Shown piece after piece: positions 1 through 10,348 of a stretch of 64,000 bases of DNA. The position numbers and the translations under genes are program-made. The DNA comes from Carpediemonas membranifera BICM (Eukaryota > Protista > Fornicata): contig JAHDYR010000025.1 in NCBI GenBank assembly GCA_019828565.1, positions 682,001-746,000 on the forward strand. The letters run 5' to 3'. The stretch's first letter is position 1. Every line of letters starts with the position of its first letter. A model generated the notes under the pieces. That model was given only the letters and a program-made list of their open reading frames with translations. It had not been told where the DNA came from and did not search any database.

Positions 1-358
1 ACGGGACCTCGCCAGCATTGTGCGATAACTCGGCGGTGAAGATGGTCTCGTAGCTGAACGAGCGTGTGGGAACAGTTTCGTAGGTTGTTGAGAGAACGAC
101 GACGTTACCAGCCTCGGTGGCGAATGCCAGCGTTGCACGGGACATTGTGATCACAGTAACGGGCGACGAGACATTCTTTGTCGAAATAATGGCAAGACGT
201 TCGCCATCAAGAGTAAAAACGTAAAGGGAGCCGCTAGAGGCGCCGAGGAAGACAAGATCTCCCTTCGAAGCGCCAGAGACGAATCTAACTCGTCTCGTCT
301 GGCTTTCTATTATGCTATCTGGTAGCCTTAAGCTCCAGATGTCCAGATCTCGGTCCAT
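1..358 (-). CDS. 5' part of a WD40/beta-propeller protein, HPS5/TECPR2-like N-terminus (runs off the window)
   Basis: Own translation from ATG 358: MDRDLDIWSLRLPDSIIESQTRRVRFVSGASKGDLVFLGASSGSLYVFTLDGERLAIISTKNVSSPVTVITMSRATLAFATEAGNVVVL..., open to the window edge; resembles the first blades of HPS5/TECPR2. Confidence 0.6.
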   Translation of the reverse strand, partial: MDRDLDIWSLRLPDSIIESQTRRVRFVSGASKGDLVFLGASSGSLYVFTLDGERLAIISTKNVSSPVTVITMSRATLAFATEAGNVVVLSTTYETVPTRSFSYETIFTAELSHNAGEVP

Positions 359-560
359 AGAGCTCAGGACTGCGGTTGTTTTGTCGACGTGAGGTGCAGT
401 TTAAGGTAAGGCCTGGGCTCTGGCCTAAACCAGCAGCTAACCCTTCCGACAGAGAGACAACGAAACCACAGCCCGGTAGGACGTATTCCGCGGTCTCCAC
501 AGCTTCGCCCGACTCGATTCGAGTCACATCTAAGTAATAACACAATCGTACACTACAGCT

Positions 561-2108
561 TTACTCGTGGTCGACGGTGTACAGGGTGGCGACCATGTGG
601 AAGATCAGCTTCTGCTTGACCTCGAGGATGTCCTCGGGGAGGGCGTACACGGTGCACAGCTTCCGGGCGGCCGTGATGACGTACTTGGCGTTCGCCATGC
701 GCTCCTCGTCGTCAGAGCCCTCGTTGATCTCGGCGTGGTCGATGACGCGGTTGTCGATAGCGAAGAGGAGGTCAGCAAGCCACTTCGACGTCTTGAGCTC
801 CTTGGCTCTGAAGGACCCGATAGTGCTCCCGGCGCGGCCGTTGGCCCAGGACAAGATGCCCTTCTCGTCGAGCCCAGAGACGGAGCCGACGATGTGGTAC
901 TCCATGAGGCGCCACATGACGGCGAGCGTGTACATCTTGTGGCCCTCGACGAGGTTGTTGCCGTCGATGCCGACGAGCTTCATGCCGAGAGAGTTCTGGA
1001 TGATGTCGATGACCTTGTTGCAGTTTTCGCTCTTCTTCCAAGTGTTGTTGGGAGTCTTGTTCACCTTCTTCCACTCAACGCAGCCGGGCTTGAGGTGGTC
1101 GAGGACCTGGAGGAGGATCACACCGTCGCGGAGGTCGTCGAAGAGGCGATCCACAGTCCCCTCGATGCCGAGGTTGTTGATCCAGTTACGGAAGGCGCGC
1201 TCCTCGCGGCCCATGGACTCGTCATCCTCGTCGAGGACGTCGCGGAGCTCACGAAGCTGCTCCTCGGACTCGATGACCTCGAGGGCGGGCCAGTTGTTGA
1301 ACAGAGCGGCGACGAAGGCGAGGTTGAGCTTGGAGATGCCGTTGGTGATGTCGGAGGGCTGGATGAAGCGCTCAACGCCGAGCTTAGCAGCGCCGGCGAT
1401 GACAGCCTCAGCGCGGTCCTCGGGGGACATGCTGAGGGGGCCGCGGTTGCACTGCTCGGGGGCGATCTGGGCAAGAAGGACGGTGTAGTTCTCGCCGTCC
1501 TTGATGGAGCCGGAGAAGTCCTTAACGCGGCGTTCCCAGCCAGCAGCGGCGAGGTGGAAGTTGAACCAGCGGATGAGGATGTGCTCAGCGGGAAGCTTCA
1601 TGAAGTCGGAGAGCTCCTCGCCGTCCTCGAGCAGGCGGTAGAGCTCGGGGTGATGGGTCAGGTTGATCTCGGAGAAGAGGGCGAGCTTCATCACCTGCCA
1701 GACGAGGCCGAGCACGAGGTGGGGGGTGCCGGCGGTCATGTCCTCGGCGCCGATGTTGACAGTGGAGCAGCCGACGGCCTTGGCAGAGTTGACGGCGACG
1801 TTCTGGTTCTCACCGATTTCGAAGTTGTTGAGGGCGCGGTTCTTCTTGTGGGGCCAGTTGACGGCACGCTCATCGATCGTGTTGGGGACGGCGAAGTTGA
1901 GGAGCTTGCAAAGAAGAGTACCGTCGTGGACAGAGCTGAAAAGGGACTCATCCATGGGATTCAGGGGAAGGAGGTCCTTCAGAGCCTCGTCGGAGCCCAG
2001 GTTGTTGTTGATGAAGTTGGCGAAGGCCTTGGTCTCCTCGAGGGAGTAAGAGTGGGTGCCGGCGGCACCTTCGACGCGCTGGACATCAGCAGTTACAAGA
2101 TCAGCCAT
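561..2108 (-). CDS. Fimbrin/plastin (four CH domains, no N-terminal EF-hands)
   Basis: DGTLLCKLLN..PNTIDERAVN, GCSTVNIGAEDM..GTPHLVLGLVWQ, REERAFRNWIN, NAKYVITAARKL; strong GC3 codon bias. Confidence 0.95.
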   Translation of the reverse strand: MADLVTADVQRVEGAAGTHSYSLEETKAFANFINNNLGSDEALKDLLPLNPMDESLFSSVHDGTLLCKLLNFAVPNTIDERAVNWPHKKNRALNNFEIGENQNVAVNSAKAVGCSTVNIGAEDMTAGTPHLVLGLVWQVMKLALFSEINLTHHPELYRLLEDGEELSDFMKLPAEHILIRWFNFHLAAAGWERRVKDFSGSIKDGENYTVLLAQIAPEQCNRGPLSMSPEDRAEAVIAGAAKLGVERFIQPSDITNGISKLNLAFVAALFNNWPALEVIESEEQLRELRDVLDEDDESMGREERAFRNWINNLGIEGTVDRLFDDLRDGVILLQVLDHLKPGCVEWKKVNKTPNNTWKKSENCNKVIDIIQNSLGMKLVGIDGNNLVEGHKMYTLAVMWRLMEYHIVGSVSGLDEKGILSWANGRAGSTIGSFRAKELKTSKWLADLLFAIDNRVIDHAEINEGSDDEERMANAKYVITAARKLCTVYALPEDILEVKQKLIFHMVATLYTVDHE

Positions 2109-2501
2109 TTTAGCTATATAAGAGGGGCTAAGATCGGCTCAACGTACGAGTATGGTATGACAAGTGTTGTGGTGGAAAAAAAATTTGACAACATTTTTCT
2201 CATCCAGCAGTCTTGACACGACGCGTGTCACGCGTCTGCCAGTGCCATATCTAGTCTCATTGGCGTTCATCAAGTCGACGCGGCCACGAGTCTGACAATG
2301 ATCTTGACTCCGCGAGAGCCTGGATACTACCATCGTTTTAAACAGGAACTGTCATAGCAAGCCAGTATTTGTCGCCTAACTATGAGCTTTTGCTAGCCGA
2401 CCCACTGCCGCCCTGATTGAGAGTCGACCCGAGTCGAACGCAGTTTTGGAGTCTTCACCGAGCGCGGAAAGAATTGCCGAAGACAAGGCGAAGAACGAGC
2501 C

Positions 2502-3962
2502 ATGTTCAAAGGCTTTGGAAGCGATCTAGGCTTAAATGTATTCAAGCCACACGCAAACCCGTCGGATAACCCAACGAAGGACGCGCAAGACATGCCATTC
2601 TCTGCAGAAGACGCGGGATTCGATCCCCGTCTACAACTATTCAATACATTAGGGCAACCAAAGGCCTCTTTCGAGGATCTATTCGGAGATGTGGCGCCTG
2701 TGAAACCACGCGTCCTGACTAAACCCGTCATTGAGGTCACAGAGCCCGAACCCGCGCCGCCATTGGGTGAGAAGGAGCAAGATGTGCCAACCCATGGTTT
2801 CGAGATGTTCCGCAGCAAGCAAGACGCCACCAAGATTTCATTCGCCCAACAAAAGCTGAAAGCGGAGAAGCTTGAGCGCGAGAAGAGGGAGGCTGAGAAG
2901 AAAGCACGTGCCAAGGAGCCATCTAGGGCCAAGCCGGCCATTGTAACCCCGCCATCGTCGCCTTCCCAATCAGAGTCGTCGCCCGAGCTGGAGAGCATGA
3001 TGTCACCGGCACCAGAGCACTCAATAGAACCCGAACCAGAGCAGGAATCAGAACCAGAGCCGGAGACTGAACCCGAGGCTAAGCCCGCCCCGGAGGTGGA
3101 GAAGAAGGTTAAAGCACACGTGGAGAAGGCCCAGAAGAAGCCCAAGGCCACCCCTGCCAAGCGCAAGCAGGTCGGCCCAGCCAAGCGGACGCCCGTGCCC
3201 AGAGACTTCGCCAAGGCCGTTGAGCGGCTCCAGACGATGTCCGGGGTCAAGCCCGCAGACGTCATCGCCAAGGGGCTCAAGAAGGTTGAGGAGGCGGTGG
3301 GCGACCGTAAGGTCGAGACCACCGTTGACTGCAAGGCCAAATCTGTCAAAACAAAGACCAGCACGAGCTCGGGCGAGTCAGTCGATGAATGGAAACTGGG
3401 CGATCAGCAGGAGGCGGAGGTGCTCTTCTTCAACCACTACGGCTCCCACAGCAGCGCCGTGCTCGACCGGTACCTGCAGCTGACCCACCGCGAGTTCCAA
3501 TGTGGCGTGGACTACCGCACTCCATTCGTCCCGCCGCAGGACGATGCCTCAGCCTTTCCATTCTACGACCCGCCGTCGGTGCGGTGCATATGCTCGTGGG
3601 GGTTTCATTTCATGGCCGGGCAGATGGTGTATTGCTCATTATGCGGCCGGGCGAGTCACAAGGAGTGCTACGAGCTTGAGTCGAGCTTTGAGTCAGCCAA
3701 CTTCCGGTGCATTTACTGTGACCGGAGTCTCTTGAAGTCCGGCATCTACTCCCTGGGGTTCAAGAAGTACGTCGAGTGCAAGCTGCGCAAGACCCGGGAC
3801 GGGGAGGAGATGTCTGACGGCGTGTTCGACCTGATCCCGCTGAGCCTGAGCAAGGAGCCTGAGGGCGAGTGGGAGACCATCATCAAGATCTGCCAGAAGC
3901 GGTGCGCCGACGAGGAGATGGTTTACGAGATCGAGGCGAACGACGACGACATGGAAGGGTAG
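2502..3962 (+). CDS. PHD-finger chromatin protein (SET3/MLL5-type PHD) with a long K/E/P-rich N-terminus
   Basis: VRCIC..MVYCSLCGRASHKECY..FRCIYC (C4HC3). Confidence 0.75.
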   Translation: MFKGFGSDLGLNVFKPHANPSDNPTKDAQDMPFSAEDAGFDPRLQLFNTLGQPKASFEDLFGDVAPVKPRVLTKPVIEVTEPEPAPPLGEKEQDVPTHGFEMFRSKQDATKISFAQQKLKAEKLEREKREAEKKARAKEPSRAKPAIVTPPSSPSQSESSPELESMMSPAPEHSIEPEPEQESEPEPETEPEAKPAPEVEKKVKAHVEKAQKKPKATPAKRKQVGPAKRTPVPRDFAKAVERLQTMSGVKPADVIAKGLKKVEEAVGDRKVETTVDCKAKSVKTKTSTSSGESVDEWKLGDQQEAEVLFFNHYGSHSSAVLDRYLQLTHREFQCGVDYRTPFVPPQDDASAFPFYDPPSVRCICSWGFHFMAGQMVYCSLCGRASHKECYELESSFESANFRCIYCDRSLLKSGIYSLGFKKYVECKLRKTRDGEEMSDGVFDLIPLSLSKEPEGEWETIIKICQKRCADEEMVYEIEANDDDMEG

Positions 3963-4857
3963 GGGCGACCCGCTGATCACGGTAAAGGCTCAGTGTCATT
4001 ATTTATACCCCTTAGAGGAGGAGGAAGACCGAGAGCAGGACGGCGAGGGCACCGACGAAGATGCTCTTAGCGGAGTCGATGACGACCCAGGAGACGTAGT
4101 CGGGCTCCTCGGCGTTGCACTTGTAGAGGGCGATGGTGACGTTGCGGTCAGACTCGGAGAGCTGGTCGACGTTGGCGAGGACGTTGTTGACGATGGACTC
4201 GACGTCGATCTCAATGGGGAGGTTGAGGGAGTCGATGAAGTCCTGGATCTTGCCGACGGGGATGCGGAGGTCGATGGGGATGTTCGAGTCGGCGCCGATG
4301 GGGATGGGGCAAACGTCGGTCTGGCGGTCGGTGGTGGTCATGTTGGTCTCCTTGAGGATGTCCTGGAGGGTCTCAGAGTTGAACTCAAAGGTGAGCTGGC
4401 CGGTAGCGAGGGGGTTGGTGTAGACATCGGGCCAGGTAACGTTGTTGAGCTCGCCAATGATCATCTTGGAGCCATTCTTGGGGAAGACGAACTCAGATGC
4501 GGCAAAAGCAACCGCGAAGCATGCAAAGAAGACGAAAAGCTTGTTCATTTCGAAGTAACCGTGTATCAGGTATTCTGTTGCTAAAAATGGTTGGGGATTC
4601 GTGGAAAAATGTATCTGCTAAAAATAGACGCGACCAGGGCTTGCCATCTGGCCCTTCCCGGGGCGCACCTCGCGAAGAGTCGCTCGGCCAACCCGTTCGG
4701 CGATCCGGCAAGTTTGAGACGCAAAGAGAAGGGGTTGTCTTGCAGAGAAAAGGGAGAAATGAGAAGTAACTGTACAGAGACACCGCCGCTCACACCAGAA
4801 GCGGCGTGAACTCGGTCGGGTTGACCGTGATCTCGTCCGTAGATGTGCTCGGCGGGG
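3819..4857. repeat. Left arm of a ~1.04-kb inverted duplication
   Basis: Reverse complement of 5806-6862; differences seen are one homopolymer base and a 17-nt indel (5820-5836 absent here). Confidence 0.95.
4012..4548 (-). CDS. Secreted/GPI- or tail-anchored surface protein, 178 aa (copy 1)
   Basis: Signal peptide MNKLFVFFACFAVAFA, NxT/S sites, hydrophobic C-terminus, high codon bias. Confidence 0.8.
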   Translation of the reverse strand: MNKLFVFFACFAVAFAASEFVFPKNGSKMIIGELNNVTWPDVYTNPLATGQLTFEFNSETLQDILKETNMTTTDRQTDVCPIPIGADSNIPIDLRIPVGKIQDFIDSLNLPIEIDVESIVNNVLANVDQLSESDRNVTIALYKCNAEEPDYVSWVVIDSAKSIFVGALAVLLSVFLLL

Positions 4858-4885
4858 ACCATTGCGTCATAAACTGCACTTCACG

Positions 4886-5890
4886 ATGGCGGCACCAGAG
4901 CCCTCTCCAGGCCTCTTCGACAGCCGCGAGGTGCGAAATACAGGTGCACCGCCGATAGTTTATATTGGAGAACGAGAAAGTGACCGCCCGATTTTCCAAG
5001 CCTTCAGACTGAATCCAAAGTGCCCGATTGCACCCCAGAAGGTGCCATTTACCCTATTTCGCGACATATGCATTGCTTGGCATTCACTTGTTCATACTAT
5101 TCCAGGTCCAGTGACGTATCTCTGTCTTAACAGTGTGATCCACGCCACGCTCTTTGCGGTCGGCACCGTTGTCGCTGTGTTAGGCACTGCCCTCTGGTTG
5201 TCTGTCAAGACCGTTGTATCCCTCAGCAAGACCGAATCCATCATTTCTGCCGCCATTCTATGCTCTTTCGTCCCATTTTGTGTCATCCTAATCCACATCG
5301 CAAGTCGGTATTTGTGGGCCCGCGGCTTTGAGCACATGGTACGATCTCTGACTCAGGGCCCGACCACGTTCGACGACTGGGTGCTTCTTATGCCGCCGCC
5401 CGACATCCACGTCACCGTCCTCAGCCATGCCGCTGGCATTGTGGTGCTACTGTGTGTCGCCCAGCTGATCCCCATCGCAGGATCCATCGTGGTGTTCATC
5501 ATCAGCTCTATCAGCCTGTCAGTTATTTGGGTGGCGATGGTATTCTCGCCGCAGCTCTCGATTTCGGCAACTGTAGAAGCAGCATGCTCTGCCCTCCTCT
5601 ATAACCCGCTGTACGCCGTCGTAATCTGCCTTGTGAATATAGTCGAGCCTCTTATCATCCTGGTCCCGTTCGCCGGGCTCATGTTCAGTCCATTCGCTCA
5701 CTCCCTCACCATCGTCATCTCATGCCGCATACTTGGTATGACAATCGTAGACGTTCGCGGCACTGGTGAAGACACCATGGCTGACGGTGATAACTCCGCG
5801 CAGCCCCCCGCCGAGCACAGCGACGCGCCATGGGCGTCTACGGACGAGATCACGGTCAACCCGACCGAGTTCACGCCGCTTCTGGTGTGA
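4886..5890 (+). CDS. Multi-pass membrane protein, unknown function
   Basis: First ATG at 4886 (MAAPEPS); several hydrophobic segments. Confidence 0.7.
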   Translation: MAAPEPSPGLFDSREVRNTGAPPIVYIGERESDRPIFQAFRLNPKCPIAPQKVPFTLFRDICIAWHSLVHTIPGPVTYLCLNSVIHATLFAVGTVVAVLGTALWLSVKTVVSLSKTESIISAAILCSFVPFCVILIHIASRYLWARGFEHMVRSLTQGPTTFDDWVLLMPPPDIHVTVLSHAAGIVVLLCVAQLIPIAGSIVVFIISSISLSVIWVAMVFSPQLSISATVEAACSALLYNPLYAVVICLVNIVEPLIILVPFAGLMFSPFAHSLTIVISCRILGMTIVDVRGTGEDTMADGDNSAQPPAEHSDAPWASTDEITVNPTEFTPLLV

Positions 5891-6862
5891 GCGGCGGTGT
5901 CTCTGTACAGTTACTTCTCATTTCTCCCTTTTCTCTGCAAGACAACCCCTTCTCTTTGCGTCTCAAACTTGCCGGATCGCCGAACGGGTTGGCCGAGCGA
6001 CTCTTCGCGAGGTGCGCCCCGGGAAGGGCCAGATGGCAAGCCCTGGTCGCGTCTATTTTTAGCAGATACATTTTTTCCACGAATCCCCAACCATTTTTAG
6101 CAACAGAATACCTGATACACGGTTACTTCGAAATGAACAAGCTTTTCGTCTTCTTTGCATGCTTCGCGGTTGCTTTTGCCGCATCTGAGTTCGTCTTCCC
6201 CAAGAATGGCTCCAAGATGATCATTGGCGAGCTCAACAACGTTACCTGGCCCGATGTCTACACCAACCCCCTCGCTACCGGCCAGCTCACCTTTGAGTTC
6301 AACTCTGAGACCCTCCAGGACATCCTCAAGGAGACCAACATGACCACCACCGACCGCCAGACCGACGTTTGCCCCATCCCCATCGGCGCCGACTCGAACA
6401 TCCCCATCGACCTCCGCATCCCCGTCGGCAAGATCCAGGACTTCATCGACTCCCTCAACCTCCCCATTGAGATCGACGTCGAGTCCATCGTCAACAACGT
6501 CCTCGCCAACGTCGACCAGCTCTCCGAGTCTGACCGCAACGTCACCATCGCCCTCTACAAGTGCAACGCCGAGGAGCCCGACTACGTCTCCTGGGTCGTC
6601 ATCGACTCCGCTAAGAGCATCTTCGTCGGTGCCCTCGCCGTCCTGCTCTCGGTCTTCCTCCTCCTCTAAGGGGTATAAATAATGACACTGAGCCTTTACC
6701 GTGATCAGCGGGTCGCCCCTACCCTTCCATGTCGTCGTCGTTCGCCTCGATCTCGTAAACCATCTCCTCGTCGGCGCACCGCTTCTGGCAGATCTTGATG
6801 ATGGTCTCCCACTCGCCCTCAGGCTCCTTGCTCAGGCTCAGCGGGATCAGGTCGAACACGCC
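5806..6862. repeat. Right arm of the inverted duplication; includes an orphan copy of the PHD gene 3' end (6719-6862)
   Basis: Reverse complement of 3819-4857. Confidence 0.95.
6133..6669 (+). CDS. Surface protein, 178 aa (copy 2, identical protein)
   Basis: Same translation as 4012-4548. Confidence 0.8.
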   Translation: MNKLFVFFACFAVAFAASEFVFPKNGSKMIIGELNNVTWPDVYTNPLATGQLTFEFNSETLQDILKETNMTTTDRQTDVCPIPIGADSNIPIDLRIPVGKIQDFIDSLNLPIEIDVESIVNNVLANVDQLSESDRNVTIALYKCNAEEPDYVSWVVIDSAKSIFVGALAVLLSVFLLL

Positions 6863-6906
6863 TGGCCCTAAGCACAAGATCATCAGCCCCATCCCCGGCA
6901 GACCCC

Positions 6907-8022
6907 TCACAGCACCACGGGCAGCTCGCTGTCCGAGTCCTCGGGCAAATCCTGTGTCTCCACAACCACTCCCGCAAACATGCTGGCATGGCCCCGGCCC
7001 CGCCCGCCATGGTCTGACGCGGGGAGAGGGAGTGAGGCAGTGGACCTGGTCGGGGTGGGGCCCGGGATCGACTCGGACAGCGGGGCGGGCGTGGGGGCGA
7101 CGGGGGTCGGCTTGATCGCCGGCTCGGGCTCTGGGGCTGTACTGCCCGTTGTTGGGTCAACAGCAGGGTCGGCCTCGGAGTCAGGGGCCTCCTCAGCAAG
7201 CCTCGTCTGGCCCCTGACAGGCCCGGGGAGGGACGTGTCGTTCACCTCGGCCTTCATATCAGCATCATCGTCATCGATCTCAGTGTCTGATGCTGACTCC
7301 TCGACCCCGACTCCGGCCTGAGTCTCGAACTCGGCCTCGGCCGGTGTGGGCTGGGTGACTGAGGCCTTGCCGGAAATCATTGCTGCAATAGCGTCTGCCA
7401 CAGCCTTGGGCCGACCCCTGTTCGCCCACTCCGCCTGCAGCTGGAGCATCATATCTGCCAGCGTCGTCTCGTGCCAGTCGACGGACTCGGGGTTCGTGTG
7501 AGTCATCGTAGCGTCCTGGGACAGCGCCACACGTACTCGCTGGCTAGTCTGCACCTTGGCGTCATGCACGACGGGCGACATGGCGAACGCCTGCTGGTTG
7601 AAGATGTTGGTGGCAACGAATGATGTTTGCTCTCTGAACGCCTCGACAGAGGGGCGAGCGGATGGTTCGCTCTGTGACTCCTCAGTGCCGTCTATGTGCA
7701 CCCTCTCGATATCGCCCACGTCGTATACGACGAACAAAGGAGTAGGGCGAGTGAGGTCAGAATCAGGGGCTGTTTCTTCCGTCCAGTAGACGAAGTACCA
7801 GAGAATAGAAAATGAGCACCTTTCTATACCAGTGGGAAACATACTCCTCAATTTTGACATGGAATCGTCCATTAGTAAAGCTTTGAAGCGGGAATTGGTC
7901 CGATCTGTGATGTAGAAAGCATTGCTACGCTGGTCATCTGGAACTCGGCCAGCTAGCGTAATTCTACCAAGGCTTTCGCCCGACAAGCGTGCATTGGAAG
8001 CTGATTGAGCGAGACTGGCCAT
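6907..8022 (-). CDS. Hypothetical protein; possible N-terminal OB-fold, acidic/Pro-rich disordered tail
   Basis: Long ORF from ATG 8022; FYITDRTNSRFKALL pattern weakly resembles the TPP1/Est3 OB fold. Confidence 0.6.
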   Translation of the reverse strand: MASLAQSASNARLSGESLGRITLAGRVPDDQRSNAFYITDRTNSRFKALLMDDSMSKLRSMFPTGIERCSFSILWYFVYWTEETAPDSDLTRPTPLFVVYDVGDIERVHIDGTEESQSEPSARPSVEAFREQTSFVATNIFNQQAFAMSPVVHDAKVQTSQRVRVALSQDATMTHTNPESVDWHETTLADMMLQLQAEWANRGRPKAVADAIAAMISGKASVTQPTPAEAEFETQAGVGVEESASDTEIDDDDADMKAEVNDTSLPGPVRGQTRLAEEAPDSEADPAVDPTTGSTAPEPEPAIKPTPVAPTPAPLSESIPGPTPTRSTASLPLPASDHGGRGRGHASMFAGVVVETQDLPEDSDSELPVVL

Positions 8023-8220
8023 TGTGTCCGGATTGTGCAGCTTATGCGCGGGTCGGCTGGGGCGCCACACATGGAATAGCGTAGTAGTAGCGTTAATAAT
8101 TGACTACGCTTTGGGCAAACCCGCGTTGCTGTGAGGCAAGAGTATTAAAAACCTTGAGGGAGCACTGAGCGCTTTAATCCAGGGGATTGTTCGAGGAATT
8201 GAGGTTGCCATGGCAGTCAT

Positions 8221-8559
8221 CTATTGATTAAGAGCACCCAGGCGCTTGTTGACTTGCGCGAAGAAGGACTGGCTGTAGCCCGGCCCGACCTCAGGCATGT
8301 TGAGCATGAGTACATGGAACGTGGCATACCACTTGTTAGGGTTCATCGCAATCGGCCCATCCACAACTCTATATCCACTCTCAGTAACCTCGGCAATAAA
8401 CTCCTCGTCGTCCTGGTCGTCTTGCGGCTTCACATTGGGGATGGTGAACGAGAACGAGCCGTAGTCCAATGCACAGTTGATTTCCTTGTAGTTAGCGATG
8501 GAATTACCATTGAATTCACGCTCGATGTTGTCTAATTCCATGCGAACCCAGTCACCCAT
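8221..8559 (-). CDS. GSKIP (DUF727) domain protein
   Basis: EVTESGYRVV...YATFHVLML...PGYSQSFFAQVNKRLGAL matches the GSKIP C-terminal pattern. Confidence 0.75.
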   Translation of the reverse strand: MGDWVRMELDNIEREFNGNSIANYKEINCALDYGSFSFTIPNVKPQDDQDDEEFIAEVTESGYRVVDGPIAMNPNKWYATFHVLMLNMPEVGPGYSQSFFAQVNKRLGALNQ

Positions 8560-8605
8560 TTGCTTGCTCGTCGTTCCCAATTGTGAGCAAATCTGGCAAA
8601 TCAGT

Positions 8606-10267
8606 TTACCCGCTACCGAGCGGCTGAGTGGCCAGTAGCCGCTCAAACTCCCCTAATGCCGACTTGTACTTCTCATCACCCCTCGCTTTTGTCCTCACCC
8701 GTCTCAGCCCGTCCTTGAAGCATTCAATCGCCACATCCTTATTCGCGGGGCTGATGCTCTGGATGGTCTGGTACGACAAGAACGGCCTGGACGCCATTGG
8801 GATGACCTGGGTCATGATATTCACTCTGTTCTCTTCGCTCAGCATGTCGAGGAAGACTCGCACCGTCGCGTCGGGCGCCCCCACCTTGATCAGGTAATTC
8901 ACCGCATGTGCCCTGTCAATCGAGCTCTTCAGCGCATCCTTAGCCCGTCCCCCGCGCCCCTTCTTGAAACACGAGAATATCTGACTCCACTGGCCAACTC
9001 TCGCACATGATCTGATCCAGAGCCAGATCCACGCCTCTTCTGACAGATCAAGCCGAGTACGTAGCGTGTTAGCACTCAGTTGGCCCGGCCACTTCGGGTC
9101 TGGGACGATTGTATGCCTGAGGGCAACGTGTTCAACAAGTCTGACGGCAGTAATGTGATCTGAGACTATGCTGGCCCCCTCGTGCTTGAATATATCTCGG
9201 CTGAGCGCAAGGGCCGTCTTCCACTGGTCGAATGACTTGACACTGCCTTTGAGCATATCACACTGCCCGGCGATTGACCCACACTGAGCCAGACGGGACC
9301 CTAGGTCGCCCCTGTCGAAGCCTAGGCGGACCTGCCTTTCTATTAGTGCTATACAGTCAAGATCCGGGTCGCCTGTGGGTATGGGCGGCTCGTTTGATGC
9401 GGATAGCACCAGATTCGCGACCCGGACCCACTCTACATCCTCCCGCATCAGCTTCTCAAACAGCGGTCTGTCTAGTGTCCGCCTGACGTGCATTATAACG
9501 TAGGGAAGACCTGGCCCCGCACCCAGCCTCGAGACGGTGATGAGTAAGTCTCTGGCTGCGGTGAGCCCGCGGATATGGCACAGGCAGACCCGCTCACCTC
9601 TGTGGAGCCGGGCTGCAAGGTCGTCCTCCTTTGACCCGGCCTGTGGGAGAAGGTTACCGTAAACTTCCCTGTATCCCTCGATCCTAATTGTGAGGGCCTC
9701 GTTCTCGGCCTTGAGCTTCAACAGCTCCTCGACGAGAACATTGTAGTCGGCGTGGCATTCGTCCATCAGGGCTTGCTTGATGGCGTTCTTGACGCGGCCA
9801 ACAGGCTCTGGCTCGGTCTCGGGGGCTCGGTCGAACTCCTCCGCCGCTTCACTGGAGCTGTCCGCAGCAATCTCATCTTTGGGGAGGCTGAAACGCCGCG
9901 GCCATTCTTTTTGCTGACTTACTAGCCCTGTAGGTTGTTTTGGTGTGTGCTGGGACGGCGGCTGTTCCTGTGGACTGAGCGCTGGGCTGGGGGAGGCGGA
10001 ATCCTCGATGCTGAGCGCGGATTCGCGGAATGCAGGCATGGATAGCGATATGTCCTTCAGTATCTCCATTCCTTCCGACCATGCTGCGTTCATCTGCTCG
10101 TATCTGTTGTTTCTTTCCAACCGTCAGCCGCTGGGAATGGAGTCGACCTCGAGTTGAGATCCGTCCCCTTGCAGAGCTGACCGCCCTTACCGGCGTGCAT
10201 CAAGCTGAGGTGACCAAAGCTGCTGTTCGACATTGCCTGTGAAAAGATCTAAATGGCCACGGAGCAT
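8606..10267 (-). CDS. VIPAS39: VIPAS39/SPE-39 (Vps16B) homologue; predicted intron 10104-10190
   Basis: RLHRGERVCL..IRGL..ARDLL...VIMHVRRTL and W..IF..K....KSSIDRAHAVNYL.KVGAP...VFLDML resemble SPE-39; removing GTAAG...GCTGAC...ACAG joins ATG 10267 in frame. Confidence 0.7.
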
Positions 10268-10348
10268 TGGGGTTGGGGATGAAACGAACTAAACAGACGC
10301 AGGCGCCACTGTTTACCTCTAATGCAGTAACAAGCATAACACCTTCAT

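Noticed and set aside
567-2216. Long antisense ORFs over fimbrin, Pol delta, ASCC3, Ldh_2 and others
   Set aside because: Shadows of strong GC3 codon bias; the opposite strand has clear family motifs
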